Notes: a model not told the origin generated them from the sequence alone. A DNA stretch of 64,000 nt from Sphyrna mokarran (GCA_024679065.1 JAGIQG010000002.1:57412001-57476000), one strand, 5' to 3'; counted from the first letter of the stretch, positions 39,056 through 52,435 are shown. Numbers and translations are program-made.

Positions 39056-41034
39056 TACAGAAAGCCCGGTGGCTCTTGTTTCACTCAGAGCCATTAATAT
39101 AGAGGAGAAAGTGTACAGTGGCCTCTGGGAGATGAAGGAGATTCACCTCAAAGCTGTTACGTTTCAGCCAAACATTTGAGATGGTTTCCCACCTGGATTC
39201 CTTTAAAGTACATTTTCACCACTGCAGGCAAAATGCTGTCATCTCATAAATCCAAGTTAGAGTCAGGCTAAGTTCAGGAAAAACTAGATCATACTCTCAA
39301 AGCAGCAGTATAATCTGAAAACATTGGGACTGTAATCTCGGAATTTGCAACATTCCAAATGGGTTTCACTGTTTTATTAACCTCCAGAAATATGGTCTAT
39401 TCCCTGTGCTGACAGGGAGGATAAACTAAGACAGAGTGTGCAAATGGCTGCACTATATTCTTGTAATGGATGCAAGAACAGGCAAAGTGAAGAATCAATT
39501 TTAAAGATCAAGGACTGAATCTCCCTCTGGGCTCAGAGAAAGATAATTTGCACATGAACTCCATACCCATACCCATGTATGAATTCACATCTCATTCTTG
39601 TTTTTTTCACACTAGGCTTGGGTTTGTAATGCGATTTATAAGCCACACTGAAGTGTGTGTGTGTGTGTGAGGATTGTGGGTGCAGAAACAGGTTGGCTCA
39701 AAGGCCTGCCTCAGTTCTGCAACACTACCCCCACCTCTCAATAGCATTTAAAGGCTCCCTAAACTTCACCGCTCATCTCCATCAATCTTCATCCACTCCC
39801 CATGGTAGCTTTAGCCCCTTGAGCCACTCTGTGTTGCTTCTGTGCCCCATGTATCCTTCATGCCCCTGTTGATCACCCATGATGTCCTATGCCATTCCTG
39901 TGTATCCTCCACATCCTCTCAAATTTCAATGCTCCGCATGTATCCTCCATTGCCACTCACTTAGTATGTATATCATCTGTCCTCAATTTCCGAAAGTATT
40001 TTACATTCTCTTTACAGACCACTCAGAATATAATAATAGCCTCCATGTCATCGAGAGAGAAAATATATATTCTGTCATGTGATAAAACCTAGTAATACAT
40101 GTAATTTTATTAGCTTATGTCAACAAATCCGTAACTATAATCAAAAGGCAATCTGTTATTAGAACTTCTTGAAACTGTCATTTATTCTCAGATGAATGGA
40201 ACACCTAATTTGCTGAAACCTATTAGCAGTTGAAACTCAGCCAAGTATTGATAATATCCACAACTGTCCAAATAATAAACTACCCTCAGGGAAGGGAAAA
40301 ACAGAAGGTGTTCATTTCAGTTTTGAAGTGTCTGTCAATTAAAGGAAGGGAGCAGGTGTTTTTCAAGAGTTGATTTTTTCTCACGTGGCAAAACATTTTT
40401 TTAAAATCAGTTAGAACCATTTAAATCACAGAAGGAAAGATGGAAATGTTCCTTACATTGATAAGCCTTGTGTATATATTCATGTGCATTACAAGAATTA
40501 ATTTACCTTTAAATGACAAATCCTTATGACTTACTGCATCAAAATACATCTCTATTACACAACAGCACATCATAGTGATCTTTGAAGGTGTGAAAACATT
40601 TTAATGTTCCAGAAAGCTCTGCACACCATCCATTTTCTTCACAAACTCTGTTATTTTAATGGACTACCAAAGCTCCGTCACACCAGATGAAAATGATGGT
40701 TGGGAGGAAATCCAATTTCTGTCCTCCATTTAAAATGGGAACGTGACCTCAGTGGGAATAAGGTGTACTTTTTTCATACTATCTCATGAAAGGCCAGAGG
40801 AAAATGGCATCGGATTGGGGATGGCACAGAGGAAAATCAGGTTTTCTTCAGAAAAACACTAAAGGTGCTCACTCATGCATCAATACGCGATTCCATACCC
40901 AGATAAAAATTGGAGCCCAAAAATCCTGTTGATTTCTTCAGCAGGTTGTCAAATAATCATCCAACTTGATGGTTTTGCTCCTGAACAAGTAACCTGCCAT
41001 TCCATAGTTTTATATATTGGAACATAATAGGAAA

Positions 41035-42835
41035 TGATAGTTTTTGGAACGATATTGCACTGCTTTAACATGTCATTTGACATACCAAAATCTAATGCCA
41101 GACCAGGCATAGGCCGGAATGCTCCCCAAAGATTTTGAAGTGTCGAATTTGCGTGAAAACTGGAGTAATTTACACTGATTTTCTCAGTGGGAGTTTAGAG
41201 AAGAACCTTCCACACTCTGTGCAGTGCAGAGACCGCTAGTATGTATGTTGTTATAAATCGGTGGGCAGGGAATATGCCTGCTGCAGAGGCTGAAATCGGC
41301 ACACTGAATGACCCTCTGTGCATGCACCGATCTGTCAGTGCCAAGATTGGTGCATGTGCAGTAGCCCCACACTGATAACTTCCTGGTTGCTGACCAGTTT
41401 GATCGTTGACCACTCAGGGTCCCCCCCCCCGACAATTTTAATTTCTCCCATGAAGTCCTGACTCCTCTCCCCCATGCAGACTGACCTCTCCAGCCTTCCC
41501 TGATTGCTGGCCTCCCTCCTTCCCCAGTCGATCTTGTCTGGAGAGTGGCAGTGAGAGCCTCCACCCTCACCGATCACCCCCATTATGCCTTGCCCCCATC
41601 AGATCCTGGCCCCTGAGCCCCCAATAGATCCCACCCTCTTGGCTTTGCCCATTGGGCAGTGCCAAGGTGCCTCCTGGACATTAGCACTTTGTTCCTGGGC
41701 AGGGCAAGGGCACATACTGGCAGTACCAGTGTGCCAGTGCCTGTTGCGCCCACTCCCCCTATCTTAGCCAGTCATCTATGAGGGCTCTGATTGCTACCTC
41801 CCCTTCACTCCAGAGTGAGGTTGGGCCACTAACTCCTTGAAATTGGGGAGCTATCTAAAACCACACTAGATTGAAATACTCCTGGTGAAGGCAGTGGGGG
41901 GGTGGGTGGGGTAGAGAGGCTTGCAGGCCAAGAGATTTCAGGCCTGGACCTGCTAATAGCATTAAAATTGTATTGAACGTTTGCATAGTATATGTGGCTC
42001 CAGGCTGATTTCTGGCACAGATGGGAACCTGCTGGAAATCCAGTATTTCTCCATGCGCGAATCCTGGGCATCAGTGTGGCCACGCGATTCTCCTGGCCCA
42101 CTGTGCTAACGGAAAAGTTAGTGCTGCGGAATAGGAGAATCATCTCCATAATTTTTTTATAGTTTGTGCAAATGATGAACATCCAGATATCCACTTGTTG
42201 GAGCTTCGGTACAATGGCAAAACACACAAAGCTGGAGACATGTATCTCACCATAGCTTGCACCTTGAGCATTAGACCTCACCTCTCCAGGAAATTGTGAC
42301 CATCACTTGCACACGGATGGGATGATCAGTGAGGGTGGGAGTTCTCACTGCCACTCTGCAGACAGGATCGATTGGGGAAGGGGGGGAGCCAGCAATCAGG
42401 TCAGGGGGGAGAGTGGTCAGGACTTCATGGGGGCAATTAGCATTGTCGGGGGGTGGAACCTGGGTGGTCAGCGATCAAACTGGTCAGCAATCGGGAAGCT
42501 GGCAGTGCGGGCCTACTGCACATGGACCAATCTTGGCACTGACAGACTGGCGCATGCACAGAGGGTCATTCAGTGTGCCGATTTCAGCCTCTCCAGCAGG
42601 AATATTTCCTGCCAGCCAATTTATAACAACATACATACTAGCGGTATCTGCACTACACAGAGTGTGAGAGATTCTTTTCTGAATTCCCACTGAGAAAACC
42701 AGTGTAAATTATTCTGGTTTTCACGCAAATTCAGCACTTCAAAATCTTGGGGGAGAATTCCGGCCTGGCATTAGATTATGGTATATCATTCAAACTACAT
42801 GTTAAGGCAGTGCATTATGTTTCCAAAAACTATCA
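41035..42835. repeat. Long inverted repeat (arms 41035-41583 and 42317-42835)
   Basis: Mirror ORFs 41184-41570(-) and 42307-42693(+); 19 differences counted in one 176-nt segment (about 89% identity). Confidence 0.9.
41112..42147. mobile_element. Harbinger-type MITE-like element
   Basis: Imperfect 14-bp TIRs ggccggaatgctcc / ggagaatcatctcc with ATA on both sides; related copy at 44390-45562. Confidence 0.55.
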
Positions 42836-43534
42836 GCTCACAAATCCACCACTTTTGAAAATTGGGCAGCTAAGATGCTGAGCTAGCTTGGAGTTGTATC
42901 CTGGAGCAATTGAGGAGTGTTAAAGGTAAGGTATGCCCAGCCATCAGGGATCCATAGGTTTTGGTTTAGAGCCAGGTACCTGGCTCATATTGAATCAATA
43001 TCAAGGTAAATAAGACCAGAAAACCCATCTCTTAATCAGCAGAGTTGAGCAGGTCCTATAACTCAGAAAGATTGAGCAGACTGTGGCCCAAAAGAAAGTG
43101 TCCGCATCCCACAGTTAGGCATGAGCCTGGAGGTCAGTGGGTTGTCATTAGGAAAAAACGATTCAGACTTAAGCAGAATCTGAGGAGAGCCACAGCTTGT
43201 TCACAGCGAATCATCATCACCTCCTGCTGACCCAGGCCCATCACCCTGGTGTAATGTCAACCACACCTTTGGAGGGGGAGTGTGGGTTCTGTGAAGGGAA
43301 GATTAAAGAATCTGGAAATGGAGACATAGAGGATTAGGCAAAGCTGGGTTTATGGGTAAAGAGGGGATAGGGTGGTTTGAGATGCTGAACACAAGAAGAT
43401 CTATTTCTTGAATGTGGAGGCTGTGAGGGCCTGCTCAGTCCGCCTGCCCTGCTACTGCCTGTCTTTTGTCTTCTGGGTCCTTCTAGGGCTCATCCTGAAC
43501 GCCACCCTGGTCATCTTCCTTTTTTGAGTAAGCT

Positions 43535-43680
43535 GCATGTTCCACCTCCTCCTCCATCATATCACCCGACTGGTAGGCCAAGTTGTGAAAGGCACAGCGT
43601 TCTGTTATAATGTGAAGACCCTCACGGGGCTGTATTGAAAGCTCTGCCAGAGCAGTTCAGGCAGCTAAACTGTATCTCCG
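43535..43680 (-). pseudogene. Harbinger (HARBI1-like) transposase C-terminal fossil
   Basis: With two frameshifts it reads IQFSCLNCSGR..QYSPVRV.HIITERCAFHNLA..GDMMEEE, matching RFRCLDRSGGALQYSP..CC.LHN.A. Confidence 0.6.
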
Positions 43681-44389
43681 ATAACTCTATGCACCACACA
43701 CTCGAGGCCAGGGAATCATTCATCCCTCTCCGGTTTGAAATAGTCAATGAACATTATCCCTAGTTGAAAACTGCCTTGTATTCATTCAAGCTTGCAATAT
43801 CAAAAGTAAAAACTGTCACAGCATCTGCTTTGTTCCTCAATAGCTCAAGGGGAATGTTGTAAAGTGTCAGTTCATCCATGGTCTTTAATCTCCTTTGCCT
43901 TTACACTTCTCTTTGAAGTCTACTTTTCAGTGAAGGGGGTAGGTGTGTTAAACACTACAACAAAAAAAATCTTGCTGGAGCTGTTGACTTCTTTAAAAAT
44001 ACATTTCCATAACGAGAGTAACAACTATTTTGTAATTTTACTTTGAATTGTTGTGCCTTTATATATCACGTTGCAGAGGTTGGCACTTTTAAATATAATT
44101 ATTTTTTATTGTGAGGTTAGATTGTGAAAAGCATTTATATTTTCTGGCATGTTCATAATCTTTATGTTCTGCAAAAAATACTTTTAATGAGAAACATAAT
44201 TGATGGTACACATCTAGGCAGTTTTTTTTTAATCGGAATACGAAACCTCATTAACCTATTATATTAGAATATTTTAATATAGATTCTAATTGTTGATGAA
44301 GGACAAACTTTGCATCATTCTCGGAATATTAATTGTGTGTGGTGAATATTAGAATTCTAGGATGAGGTAGCAGCGCAGAGCACAGATTG

Positions 44390-45562
44390 GGGGAGTGATT
44401 TTCTCAGCCCGTTGTGCTGCTGTAGCATTATCAGCTCCGTGCTGTAAATCAGCGCTGAGCTGACTTAAATATTAAGTCTCTAACCCACGACCAGCAGTGA
44501 TTCATTCCATTGGGGTTTATAATTGCTCTTTTCCTAGGATGGAGAAAGCTAGCACGAGGGGACACAGCTTTAAATTAAGGGGTATGAGTTATAGGACGGA
44601 TATCAGAGGTAGGTTCTTTACTCAAAGAGTGATTAGGGAGTGGAATGCCCTGCCTGCAGCTGTTGTAGATGCGCCAAGTTTGGTGGCGTTTAAGAGGTTA
44701 ATTGATAAGTATATGGAAGAGAAGGGAATGGTTTAGTTTGGAGGGGCATTGCTTTTTATTTTGGTCGGCACAACACCGAAGGCCGAAGGGGCTGTTCTGT
44801 GCTGTAATGTTCCATGTTCTATGTTCTATGTTCTAATAACAGGGAGCTGGCAGCCCAACCCCACTTGAGTGAAGGAAGGCTGAAGAGACCCACCAGGAGG
44901 TGAGGGGTAATGCCCCTGGGCATTGCCAGCCTGGCCATTTGATACTGTCGAAGGGACAAAGTGTCAATGCCCACCAGGCATTGGACAGTGCCAAAGGGTT
45001 GGGGCCAAAGGATGGGGCGGGAAGGGCGCGTGATGAATGGGGGGAAGAGATTGATGGGAGGAGGGTAGGGATCAGTATGGGAGGGTCTCACTCTGCATCA
45101 GGATCAGTGGCAGATGGAGGGAAGGGCTGATTAAGGATGGCCATCTGGGTGGGCAAGGGAACTGCTGGGAGGTAGGGACTGTGGAGAGAGTTGGGACTGC
45201 TGGGAGAAGATGGCTTGGAGCTGCCAGGATGGGGAATCAGAAGATCGGGACTGCTGGTGGGGGGTGATGACTGGGGAGATTGAGGTGGGCCGGGGTGGGG
45301 AGAGGCAGTTGGGGCTGGCCTCGAGACGTCTGGGAAGCCAGCAACTGGGAGACTGGCAGTGTTAGATCTCAGCTCTGATAGATTGGTGCATGCTGTCAGC
45401 CTCTCCAGTGGGAATAGCCTTCCCCTGCTCCCCTCCCCCACAAGATTTTTAGCATGCTCAGTGCTCAGATTCATTTTGAAAATCACACTAAAATAACCAG
45501 CGGGAGTTACTCACCTTTTCACACAAACTCACAACTTAGTATTTCTTTGGGAGAATCCCAGC
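44390..45562. mobile_element. Harbinger-type MITE-like element interrupted by a HER1 fragment
   Basis: Right end tgggagaatcccagcc; interior is the reverse complement of the 41112-41830 type. Confidence 0.5.
44526..44835 (+). mobile_element. Young HER1/CR1 LINE 3' fragment
   Basis: FPRMEKASTRGHSFKL...KYMEEKGMV followed by (TGTTCTA)n. Confidence 0.9.
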
Positions 45563-46009
45563 CTTGATTTCCAATGCGGCTGAGTTCACCATCTCCACTG
45601 TTTGAGTGTGTGAGAGAGACAGAGTGAAGGCTAAACATTCCCATATTGAGAGGGACAAATAAGCAAGAGAGTCATTCACAGATTTCCATCTAATGTTTCT
45701 ACTTAGGTGCATAAAAATGATGTTCGCTGAGGCAAAGTATGTAGCAAATATATTAAGATTTGACATTGAAGCATAATCAGTGCATTTCACTTCCTGGTTT
45801 GCTGTCTGCCAGAGAAGGAGGAGCTTAAAATGAAGAAAAATAATTTAATAATGGAAATTAAATGTCATGTTCACGATCTGTTTAGCTGCTGACTAGCTGA
45901 ACATGACATAGCAGGAAGACTGCAGATTGACCCATAGGGTGGAATCTTGTGGGCATAATGAGGTTCTTGGCTACCAACTGCTGGTAGACTTGTTGACTCT
46001 TTTACAAAC

Positions 46010-46705
46010 ACACAAATTAAAGCAGGAGTCAGCCACTCAGCTCCTCAAGCCTTCTCCATTATTCAATAAGATTACAACTGATCTGATTGTAATTTTAACC
46101 CCAGATTCCTCTCTGACCCTGCCCCACCCTTCACCCCCTTGTTAATCAAGGATCTGACTCTGCTTTAAAAATATTCACTCTCGCTTCTGCAGCTTTTTCT
46201 TTTCATCTCTGTCTTGAATGGATGACACCTTATTTTTAAAAAGTGACCCCTCATTCTAGATTTTCACAAAAAAGGAAACATCCACTCCAAATCCATTCTG
46301 TCCAGGTCCCTTACGAATTTAAAAGTTTCAATCAAGTCACTCTCACTCTTCTGAACTCCAGCAGGTACTTTCCTTGCCTGTCAAGGTTTTCCATGCAAGA
46401 CAATCTGCCAGCTCCAGGCGTTAGTCTAGTAAACCCTCTACTGAATTACTTCTAATGCATTTACAACTTCTTTAAAATAAGGAGATCAATATGATACACA
46501 GTACTCCAGCTGTGGTCTCATCAATGCTAAATACAACTGTAGCATAAGCTCCCTACTTTTGTAATCAAGTCTCCTCACAATAAATAATAGCATTCTATTA
46601 GCTTTCCTAATTACCTGCTATACCTGCTTACTTGCCTTTTGTAATTCATGCATCAAGACACAAATCACTCTCCACCTCAGAGCTCTGCAATATCTCACCA
46701 TTTTA
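46010..46705 (-). mobile_element. Old CR1 LINE 3' remnant
   Basis: Antisense CR1 3' UTR and ORF2 end, similar to 5950-6490. Confidence 0.65.
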
Positions 46706-49700
46706 ATAATAAGCTTTATTATAATGATGTAATACAATGTAAAATTATCATAAGCAAGGTTGGCAGCAAGAGCAGGCCTTCCTTCCTGATGCCAGGTTTC
46801 TCAGTCAAGCATTCAGTACAATGGGCCCCACCTCTAATAAGCACCACCTTTTTTTATTTACATGTTCTTAAAATACTTCATTTTCTCCTTTTCTGAAAGC
46901 CATGATTTTTTGCTCATGCATTCTTTTAGCCCCTCTTTTATTTCCTTTGTCAGTTTTCTTATGTACTTTATTCTGTTTGGTCCTCTAATGTATTATGAAT
47001 TATGACATTTATCTAAGCCTCCTTTTCCTATTTTATTCATAATCTCTACACCTTTAGTCATCTAATGAACTATAGCTTCAGATGCTGTATTTTTCCCCTC
47101 CATATAAATGTGTCTAGTTTTTATTCTGGCTTTGTCATGGACTCTGCAATGAAGTTGAGACAGCACAGACAGATCGACATGCTCAGGTAGAAACATCCTT
47201 CTCTGTATGACTCTTGAGTGAATGGTACAACTGAAATGCTATCAAGCCTAAAGCTTTTGTCCCCTCATGAATCGATCTACTCATTCAATTCGAGCCAAGC
47301 AATGGGAACCACCAAAGGGATTCTCAAGTTCCTGAAAAAGTGTTGCTGTAATTTGTTATGCAACAACAATTGGAAAGTCTTTAACGGAATATAGCACAGC
47401 AAACTGAACACTTTTGTAAAAACAACCACTAATATGCAGAGATAAATTATTTGAAATGTTACCAATACAGAAGCTTTCCTCTGTGCAAAAAACTACATCT
47501 CAACACTAACCAAAACACTTACAACCTTGCTTTAGAATTTGCTACAAGCAAAGTTAGAACCATTGAGCTACCATATACTCATTTTCTAAGGAGAAGATGC
47601 ATTAGTGAGCACTCACATTCCCAACAGAGCTTTATAGCATCAGTCTTATAATGCAAAATGTCAAACAACTTAAAAGCAAATGACAGTGACTAATACTCAG
47701 AAATAATTAAGCCACTCCTGCTGAACTAGGGGTGGAATTCTGTGCCTTCTCATGACAAGTTTGATAGCATGGAGACACCATTTAATCAGGTAGAAGGTTG
47801 ACAGATGGGAACCCATCACATTCCTCCTTTCATCCCAGCTAAACCAATTAATGCTCAATTGAAGGCCTTACACTTGCTTTTGCTGATATTGCCCAATGGA
47901 GAGCAGGAGTTCACCATGCAGGGAGGCATGACAAGCAAGCAAATTAGATCGTATTATGGAGAAGGTTGTATAATTTGGGTACAGAATAAATGTGTCTTCA
48001 CAGAACCAAGTAAAGAAGGAGATTGTGAAGAAATAGCAGAGGATTTAAAAAGAAATTTTTGTAGCACACAAGGAAGAAAAGTCACTGGGTATGGATGAAA
48101 AATATCTAAGGTGGCTCAGGAAAGTGAGGGTGGAAATACTGAGGCTCGAGTTGCCCATCCCAAAAGGGCATATTAGATTAGGTCAGTGGGCAAAGAGTAC
48201 AATGTGGGAAAATGTGAAATTATCTATTTTGGCAGGAAAAATAAAAAGAAGCATATTGGAATAAATGTTCTGGTCCTGCCTACTGCTTAAATAGTTATAG
48301 GCGGGATGGAAAATTTGGCAAACCGTTGAAAGATCCATTGACATCAGGTGAGAATGTCTGATCTCGGGATAGGCATGACCAGAAAATTCTGCTCACTGTC
48401 TAAATTGTGAGAGATTGCAGAGCTCTGAGATGCTCTAGTTGCATCTAGAAGAATCTAGGTGCATGAAAAACCCATTACCTTGGTCCCTCACTGCTACTTG
48501 GCCTCTTTTGCTGGTAGGCAGGCCTTTGCCAAAAGGGACAATATGGGGGCTCTCAACAGCTGTGCAGCCAGAGGGTGAGACCTCTGTTGCTTGTATGAAA
48601 TTCTACGTTATGATTCAATGATCTGCTACAAGCTGACTCAAAAACAATCTGTAGACCAGGATAGCTATTCTTGTAACAGTGGCAATATGATTCAATTAAC
48701 AAGGTTCTTTCAGGTCACCGAGTCAGGCATTTGTTAAATAGTCCAGTCAGCAGTTATACTTATATGGACTCAATTGTTGCTGCCATATTTGGAATGCTTT
48801 TATAGTTTTAGTAAAAAGTAAAGATGTCAGATGGAACTTTTCCATTCCAGAAATGAAGTCCAGTGGTGGAGTTGAGTGATTTGAATGGGAGAACAGGCTG
48901 GCTGAACGTGCAAGGTATTGTGCTGTTCAGTCATTAATCATGCAGCCATGAGGAGCAAATCAAATCTCATGGCGTGGCAGCCAAGAAGTGACCTTGCCCC
49001 TGCCATCACCTCAAAGGGTCTAATGTCGCTATTCGCTCTTCCAGTCTGTTCCTTGACTCCGTCTTCTATCCAAGACCTGGCTCATTTTCATCTTCTCCTG
49101 TGCCCAATGTTGGCGTAGCATGTGTGACAGGTAATTGATTTCTCTCAGTGAAGATGTGAAAGGAAGATGAAAACAGCATCCACTAATTTGAAAGTCCAGA
49201 AAGAAGTCTATCTCACCAGGGTGTACACAAGATATGTACAATTGTGAATTTAGAACATTTTAAATTGCTCCTGGAGGGGACAAAATTCCGGTGCATTGGG
49301 CTTTTAATGAGCATTCTTGAGATGCAAATTTGGTTTCCAACATAGATTGGCCATGAAGGTTGGGGAAACAATATTCCAAACTAATTTTCCAACGTCAAGA
49401 AACTGATTATTTGCCTCTCTCAAAATCTGCTCCCTCGTTCACCTTGATTCTGCTGGCAGGAGTAGAAAATTCTGCCCCTTAACTAGAAAAGATGCAAGTT
49501 TACTGCTTTGCAACTTTCCCAGAAATTCAAAGTATTCTCAATAGAATACCTGTCCATCGGCACTCCACATCAATCTGAATGTACGCAGGCAGGATTCCTA
49601 ACCCTGAACATTAATATACATTCTCTAGAGAACAGTGATGATGCTTATTTTCTTCAGCAGCTCTTGTATTATTTAAAAATATGCAGAGGAAGGATAGATG

Positions 49701-49731
49701 GCTGTTGGAAGACTGGGGTTACCCTTCGCAA

Positions 49732-49868
49732 TGATGTAAAGATGCCAGCATTGGACTGGGGTAAACTCAGTAAGAGGTCTGACAACACCAATTTTAAATC
49801 CAACCGATTTATTACTATCAAATAAATCGGTTGGATTTAAAATTGATGTTGTCAGACCTCTTACTGAA
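49732..49868. mobile_element. Palindromic PLE-terminus insertion with 14-bp TSD
   Basis: Arms 49767-49813 and 49821-49867 match at 46/47; gttacccttcgcaa at 49718-49731 and 49869-49882. Confidence 0.8.
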
Positions 49869-49972
49869 GTTACCCTTCGCAACCATGGCTCATACTTCTT
49901 ATCACCCACACAGTAGCAGACTGGTGAATATAGAGCAGTCCATGGCCTCTATCTTATTTATTGTCAAAATGA

Positions 49973-50215
49973 AAGGTCACACGACACCAGGTTATAGTCC
50001 AATAGGTTTATTTGAAATCACAAGCATTTGGAGCACTGCTCCTTCATCAGGTCAAGTAAAGTGAGGTGCGCAGGCACAGAATATATGAGCAGAGTGAAGA
50101 TAGCCCAACATTAACAGGTAGTCAAGAATGTCAAATGATAAATACAGACAGTACAGTACAGTGTAAGCTGGCTGAATTACTGTCAAGCACACTATATTCA
50201 TGTCGATGCAACAGC
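49973..50215 (-). mobile_element. PLE family A terminus with mutated hammerhead
   Basis: Minus strand CTGATGA-A-GGAGC-AGT-GCTCC-AAAT-GCTTGTG (GAAA box mutated). Confidence 0.65.
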
Positions 50216-50775
50216 TCCATTTTTTGGACTTCATGGATGAGATTTTGGAAACAGCAATCCTGTTCTGTTGTCAAATATCTAAAAAAAAAATTCTGTAACA
50301 CACCATTGCCTTTTTTCTCCAGATCAGGTCATAAGAATTATGTGAGAAGAAGCAAAGCACTCATGGCTTCCTTCTGGAATGGCATGAATAAGTCAGCTGG
50401 GTTTTTACAGCCTGACAATTTCATGGATGCAGGGAGCTCCAACTGAAGGCAGGTGGAAGCTTCATCATAAAATATTGTTAATGTTCCAGCTCGTAATCAA
50501 TTATCTATCTCCAACTTTTCAAAATTGAATTCAGATTCTGAAAGTGGCATGGTGGGATTTGAGTCTGCTGGGTTATCAGTCGTGTAACATAACCACAATT
50601 CCACAAAGTCTTATCCTTTAAGCATCTTCTCATTACTTCATATATGGGTAGTCACACAAATTGTTATTAGATATCCAGGAACATGGAAAATTTGTTCAAT
50701 TATCTAAATAATGTCACCAGGATGTTACAAAATTTTGAAATGAAGCTTCCACTAGTTTTAGAGGACCTTCCTGCA

Positions 50776-51103
50776 CACGGAGCAGCATATATGGTTAGCA
50801 CGACTGCCTCACAGTGCCAGAGATCTGGGTTCCATTTCCTGGCTTGTGTCATTGTCTGTGCAAAGTTTGCACATTCTCCCCATGTCAGAGTGGGTTTTCT
50901 CTGGATGCTCTGGTTTCCTCCCACAGTCCAAAAGACATGTTGGTTAGGTACATTGGCCATGCCACATTCTCCCTTAGTATACCTAAACAGTCACCTCCCT
51001 TAGTATACCTGAACAGTCACCAGAGTGTGATGACTGGGAGGATTTTCACAGTAACTTCATTGCAGTGTTAATGTAAACCTGCATGTGACACTTATAAATA
51101 AAC
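50776..51103 (+). mobile_element. V-SINE variant with alternative 3' tail, full length
   Basis: HE1 head and V-domain, then ttttcacagtaacttcattgcagtgttaatgtaa...gtgacacttataaataaa; internal tandem duplication of about 26 bp near 50970. Confidence 0.8.
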
Positions 51104-52260
51104 TTGTACTTAAAAATTCCTCACAAGAGTCTGTGTGATGCACAAAATCAGTGGGGATTCACTTTTTACATTTTTGACTCCTTTTGTTTGGGCTGTGTCA
51201 AATTTGTATCAGCCAAAACTAAGGATCATTAATTGCGTGAGTCTAGGCTAATGAAATCTAAAAGATTTTGTGAAGGTGATTTTGAAAAAGTTGAGAAAAA
51301 TAACTGACACAATTTTATTGTGAATCCAACAGCTTTATTTGCCAAAAACCTAAAACTTAAGAGTTGCAATCCAATTTTTAAGAATGTGCAGTTACCACCT
51401 AGTTACTGGACCTAGTTTGACTGCAGGCCAATTGAATCTCTTCGCCTTGGTCCCAATCCGCCTCCAGCTGGACTTCTCTCCTTGATAGTTTTATTCTAAC
51501 AGCAACATGCAATGAGGGTTCCTACCTTTCTTTATCCATTGGTGTTGATCCTTTTGCTTCTCTTGATTGGCTTCTTGGATATGTGATCAGTCTTTCGTGG
51601 TCCATCTGAGTATGTTATATGTAGTCCAAAATGCCATGTGTGGTCAATTTTCATCTACATATTCCCCCTGCCTGTAGTCGTTTAACTGCAGGTTATCCAG
51701 CTTGCCTTTTGCCTTTTGTCTCCAAATTCAACTGTCTCACAGTTGCAGCTGCCCCCAGATTGAGTTGTTGTCTGTATCAGAGACCAGTTGTGAAAACATA
51801 ATTGTAGCAGTTCTTCAGAAAAGACAGTTTTGCAAGTCACAACATGCTTTTGTAGATTTAACAGTTCAGCTTATTTCCATCACTTCTTTTAAGTTTAATA
51901 TATTCAAGCAAATCTTTCAATCCACATACTTCAATATTAAAACTGTGAGTTAATATTTTTTCTAATCATTATATGGGATCAAATTATAAAAAGTGTTATT
52001 TTAAAATGAATTTACAATGTTATTGCATGTATAATTTCTGCCCCAATTTTACAAAAATGCCATCTGAAAATCAAGGTCAGTTCAAAGTTTTCATTGGGCT
52101 GCAGTTGCACAGTGAGTTGAGTCAAATTAAAAAAGAGAGTTAAATACTTAATCTATGCCTGCATCCAAAAACTTTGGATCTTGATAGGTGAGGTACTGTA
52201 ATCTCAACAGGGATATATTAGCTCTGTTGACTGACCTGAGTTCAAAATAGCAAATATTAT

Positions 52261-52435
52261 AGAGGTGACTTTTCAAAATTGCGCTGCTGGCATCAGGTAT
52301 TAGCCAATAAAAGCTCATATTGGGAATTCAGGCTTCGGTCTCGACAATCTTCTGCTCATTAAAATTAAATTGCTGATATCTAGTCCCAATGGTCGAGGCA
52401 CCACATTGGGAGCTTGATTTTGAAAAATTACCCTT
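52261..52435. mobile_element. Short MITE-like remnant
   Basis: Imperfect terminal inverted sequences agaggtgacttttcaaaat / attttgaaaaattaccct. Confidence 0.35.

Noticed and set aside
45862-45909. 12-bp stem atgtcatgttca/tgaacatgacat as a pre-miRNA
   Set aside because: The stem is too short for a miRNA precursor and matches no family I know.
51430-51800. Possible RTE LINE C-terminal remnant on the minus strand
   Set aside because: Only a vague resemblance after several stops and frameshifts.
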